Below, one piece after another: positions 61,601-64,000 of a DNA stretch of 64,000 bases. A program made the translations under genes and the position numbers. The notes under the pieces are model-generated. The model had not been told where the DNA came from and searched no databases. It worked only from the letters and a program-made list of their open reading frames with translations. Origin of the DNA: Rhizodiscina lignyota (lineage: Eukaryota); NCBI GenBank assembly GCA_010015805.1, contig ML978124.1:558001-622000 (forward strand). The letters run 5' to 3'. Numbering within the stretch: the stretch's first letter is position 1; every line of letters starts with the position of its first letter.

Positions 61601-64000
61601 TGCTGGAGAATCGGTTGCAACATCTCGTACTGTTCGCCAATAGTCGAAATGGTAGACTGAAATGAGTCGATAACACTCTGCGCTTCCGAGTAGAACTGTT
61701 GGTGGAGGCCGCTTAAAACGCCCGCAGGCAAGGCTGGAAGTCGATCCGCCTCTTTGTGAAGCACATCGAACTTGCTGGCGAACTCTCCTAAGAGTGAAAT
61801 CGCATCGTGGCACTCGAATCGGCCAAGCTCAGCTTGAGAAGAGCATAGTTGGGCGCAAAATTTGCTCAGCCAAACAAGTGAGGAAATCCGATCTTTAATT
61901 GATACCAGGTTAAGGCCTCCGAGTTCTGACATTGGCTTGATCTCATATTGTCCTGGATTCCAGGAAGCTTTTGCTTTGGTTATCAAGAGCCGAACTTCTT
62001 CAAGCTGCGATGTCGCATTTGAGATATAGCAAGACTGTTCAATTGCGTGGTGCAGCATGCTTTCTAGGTAAGCGATACTCCGCGAAACTTCAGCTGGTGT
62101 AAGGTCAGCTGAATGTTCTCGCGCCAAATCTCGCACAGAGTCGATGAAATGTAGGCTCTTGTGCAGATAGTAGTCCGCATCCCTCATTTGCCCTCCATGG
62201 TGATGACTTGAGGACAAGGGAAGCGATGCGAGAACTGTAGCAAGCGAATTTTGACTGCTGAGTACATCTTCTGATAGATTGCTCTTGAAACCCATCTGAC
62301 GAATAGCCTTCAGAGTATCCGCAAAAAGTCTCCGCTTCCTCGTCTTGAGGTGTTTCACAAATTCCTCATTTTCTTCTTTGAGTATGGTAGGTGTTTCTTT
62401 CTGGAGTTTGCTCATTGAGGTTGCAAGATCTTTCAGGAAACTGTCCACCTCAGAGGATACATGCAGCCTCTCACGATCAGACTGGGCTAGTTTCTGCATT
62501 AGATCCAACGTAGGGCCAATATTTTGGAAGCGGGCCGGTCGATTGTCCCAGTTCGGCGCGTTGGATTTGCAAAAGTTTATAGCGGTGATATCAAGATCCA
62601 CAAGATTGACGAAGGGATTGATCGGAATGTCGTTGGCACGCGCAAAATTTTCCTCTTGAGGCCACTGCAGGATGAGAGAACGGACAGGTTGGCAAAGGAG
62701 ATCCCGAAATTTGCGCACAAGTTTGAACAGCCTTCGATGAGATGTCTTCGCACTTTGCCTGAGAGCCTCGATTGTTGTGTCTTTCCAACTTGCGAGACGG
62801 AGGACATCCTTGACATCTTTCTCCAGAGGCTGCCGGCCCTTCGTAATTGCGTCCTTGACAGGCTGTAGAAAGCGAGAGAAGTGCTGAATGAAACGCTGTA
62901 GGCCTGATAGAATACGGTAATGCGCGGAACTGGAGAGTTTTTGAGATCGTAGATGGGACTCAAATTGAATGAGGAGCTGCAGTCTTTCCTCAAACTGGCC
63001 GAAAGTGGAGTTTGCAAAGAATCCTGCGAGAATTTGTAGCAGATCTCTCGCGTGGTTATCAACCGACGACCTTGACTCGACAAGTGATACCGGCACTGCT
63101 ACAAGATTCTCGTATGCAACGAACCACCAGGATTTGGCGTCTTTTCTACTTTTCTCGGCTTCAACATCGAACAATTTGGCCCATGTTCGAAGCTCTAGCT
63201 GCCGCCAGCTCACTATGAGTTTAGTGAGTTCTTCGTAGAGTGGCTGGACCGAGTATTCTCTACTAGCGACTCTCTGCCATTCATGAACCGCTTCGTGAAG
63301 CTTTTCAACTTTCGTCAGATACTTCATCACAGGCTCGGAAATGGAGAAAGACAGAGCCTCCTCGGAAAGTCTTAGCACTTCTCCTGGAGTGGCATGCTCT
63401 GGCCATCGATCGTGGATTTCTCGGAATCGCTGTTCAACTTTCTCGACGAGGGCTACTAAACGTTGCGCTTCTCGAATATTCGGATCTTTGTAGAAGTTCG
63501 GCGTTTCATCATTACCCGCAATGGCGCCGATGGCATTCTTCATCTCTATGAGACCCAATATCAAAGAAGGAAAGGCATCATTGCCGCCAAGGACCGCGCT
63601 TGGGTGAACGTCTTCACCAAGAGCAAGAATAGAGTCGACGGAACGGCGCATAGTGGAATGAAGCATCTGTGCACAATCGTGTTCTGGAAGAACTAAGTCG
63701 CGATGAGCATCGCAGATGGATACAGCTAGGTCGTGGTGGGTTACTGAAATAGGCGATTGCGGGTGTTGGGTTTCATTTTCGTGTGTCGGGAAGAGGACTT
63801 CGAACTCCGCTTCATCTTGCTCGTCTTCTTCAGCTTGACCACCTCGATAGGTGTATAGGCTTGCATTTTCATTTTCCCTCTTTTGCTCGAATTCCAGCCT
63901 GGTCTTCCATAGCTTGTAAATTTGGTCAAGATGATAGCCGGCCTCTTTGAAAGAGGTCTCATCAAAGCGGTTATCATGACGCATAGATCTCCCGAGGGCG
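58603..64000 (-). CDS. MDN1: Midasin/Rea1 AAA-ATPase, C-terminal part (linker, acidic region, MIDAS/VWA); 5' end lies outside the window
   Basis: More than 1790 aa open; GTGLGEGEGAEDIS, D/E-rich tract, KMRGDFRTGKRLNIKRIIPYIASQYKRDKIWMRR, DDSKSM and YLDTFPF...LRQWF. Confidence 0.97.
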   Translation of the reverse strand, partial: ALGRSMRHDNRFDETSFKEAGYHLDQIYKLWKTRLEFEQKRENENASLYTYRGGQAEEDEQDEAEFEVLFPTHENETQHPQSPISVTHHDLAVSICDAHRDLVLPEHDCAQMLHSTMRRSVDSILALGEDVHPSAVLGGNDAFPSLILGLIEMKNAIGAIAGNDETPNFYKDPNIREAQRLVALVEKVEQRFREIHDRWPEHATPGEVLRLSEEALSFSISEPVMKYLTKVEKLHEAVHEWQRVASREYSVQPLYEELTKLIVSWRQLELRTWAKLFDVEAEKSRKDAKSWWFVAYENLVAVPVSLVESRSSVDNHARDLLQILAGFFANSTFGQFEERLQLLIQFESHLRSQKLSSSAHYRILSGLQRFIQHFSRFLQPVKDAITKGRQPLEKDVKDVLRLASWKDTTIEALRQSAKTSHRRLFKLVRKFRDLLCQPVRSLILQWPQEENFARANDIPINPFVNLVDLDITAINFCKSNAPNWDNRPARFQNIGPTLDLMQKLAQSDRERLHVSSEVDSFLKDLATSMSKLQKETPTILKEENEEFVKHLKTRKRRLFADTLKAIRQMGFKSNLSEDVLSSQNSLATVLASLPLSSSHHHGGQMRDADYYLHKSLHFIDSVRDLAREHSADLTPAEVSRSIAYLESMLHHAIEQSCYISNATSQLEEVRLLITKAKASWNPGQYEIKPMSELGGLNLVSIKDRISSLVWLSKFCAQLCSSQAELGRFECHDAISLLGEFASKFDVLHKEADRLPALPAGVLSGLHQQFYSEAQSVIDSFQSTISTIGEQYEMLQPILQHLHPWLESIPCSETNGIAPSFPMETEHFKTILFRAADGALASFQHLESAAKLAQASDERAWLVTEQGLLQSSLKVFRSKVVSDNFHVLLEQLGDADMENLHLCSAMLATVLPIFEQYLSTFGDLVSQYISLHTSTCRLASQLAETFVIVGTKGFCTPPDRSKGKEETSDQLEAGTGLGEGEGAEDISKDIKDDEDLSELAQQPDSKQDREELEDEKDAVDMADEEMEGELGDVADDNDEEGSAESDKEDEKDLEEEIGDVDDLGPSTIDEKMWDDSGDAEKEKEGERGAGEKTEDQTAAQKDEDHEQTPEDGEDDVGLGAEEKEELGKEQMEKADPQMREEEALDLPEDMNIGGNADSDSDAASSDKLDFSDAEEGPSDDNEEEIADGDDDMNMKEDVADRVEDDIEQPTPNDVDVDESSQMEETMEGMQDETEDLEHAERDDPLFHDDKDTQAAEETAQSDKKGVGNENQEELTDDATAANSAQQQHGANTENNEMDQGASEAGTQEASDMGAMGRNDDEENTEQQAFRKLGDILERWYKQQRQIRDAAPESREQDQIEDTEMADADFEHLRSDEAAADTQALGGASEDQAHALNEDLAMDVTEPEKPETELEVAKVQETFDQDQDTHDDDGLGETSVEDTSNIPTAANARTFIGESRDRMDLDGNLPGDMEDESDVDDVDTQLSTIQLDSSRTLPRSAEEARNLWSQHEASTRMLALSLTEHLRLILAPTLATKMRGDFRTGKRLNIKRIIPYIASQYKRDKIWMRRSVPSKRSYQIMLALDDSKSMAESRTVTLAFETLALVARALTMLEAGEVSVVRFGEDVEVAHEFGKPFGSDAGADAIQRFGFTQTKTDVRKLIAKSLELFREARMRASGSGAELWQLELVISDGICEDHATIQRLVRQAQEERIMIVFVIVDAASKDTNSGSGKQSQQSIMDLQTAEFGADENGEMKLVRRKYLDTFPFKWWIVVRDVKELPGVLATALRQWFAEVVDTAG

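Noticed and set aside
1..64000. tRNA, rRNA, CRISPR arrays, transposase or reverse-transcriptase ORFs
   Set aside because: None recognised by eye; the GTTCGA matches checked lie in coding sequence without cloverleaf context. tRNAscan-SE and Rfam were not run.

Overview
Gene-dense eukaryotic DNA from a filamentous ascomycete (Pezizomycotina), judged from short GT-AG introns with CTRAC branch sites and typical fungal proteins. About 22 protein-coding genes can be supported; exon structures were worked out by hand and product calls come from motif recognition, not database searches. Most are housekeeping genes (UPS2/MSF1, RTT106, POP3, SRP72, SOK1, PCT1, PTC2, MET6, sepH/CDC15, CIA1, 3' part of MDN1). 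Between SRP72 and SOK1 (10.2-22.7 kb) lies an accessory block that looks like an uncharacterised catabolic or detoxification cluster: an intronless bacterial-type NtaA/DszA flavin monooxygenase with an NLS-like tail, a TRI12-like MFS transporter, a cyclase-family hydrolase divergent from a DUF1446/AtuA protein, and a Zn2Cys6 regulator. The motif TAACCGCGG recurs in two of its promoters. Non-coding structure includes two inverted copies of a ~200-245 bp MITE-like element (36.3 and 43.3 kb), a ~100 bp tandem duplication in the regulator's promoter, a short telomere-repeat tract just upstream of POP3 and a weak C/D snoRNA candidate. No rRNA, tRNA or CRISPR array was recognised.
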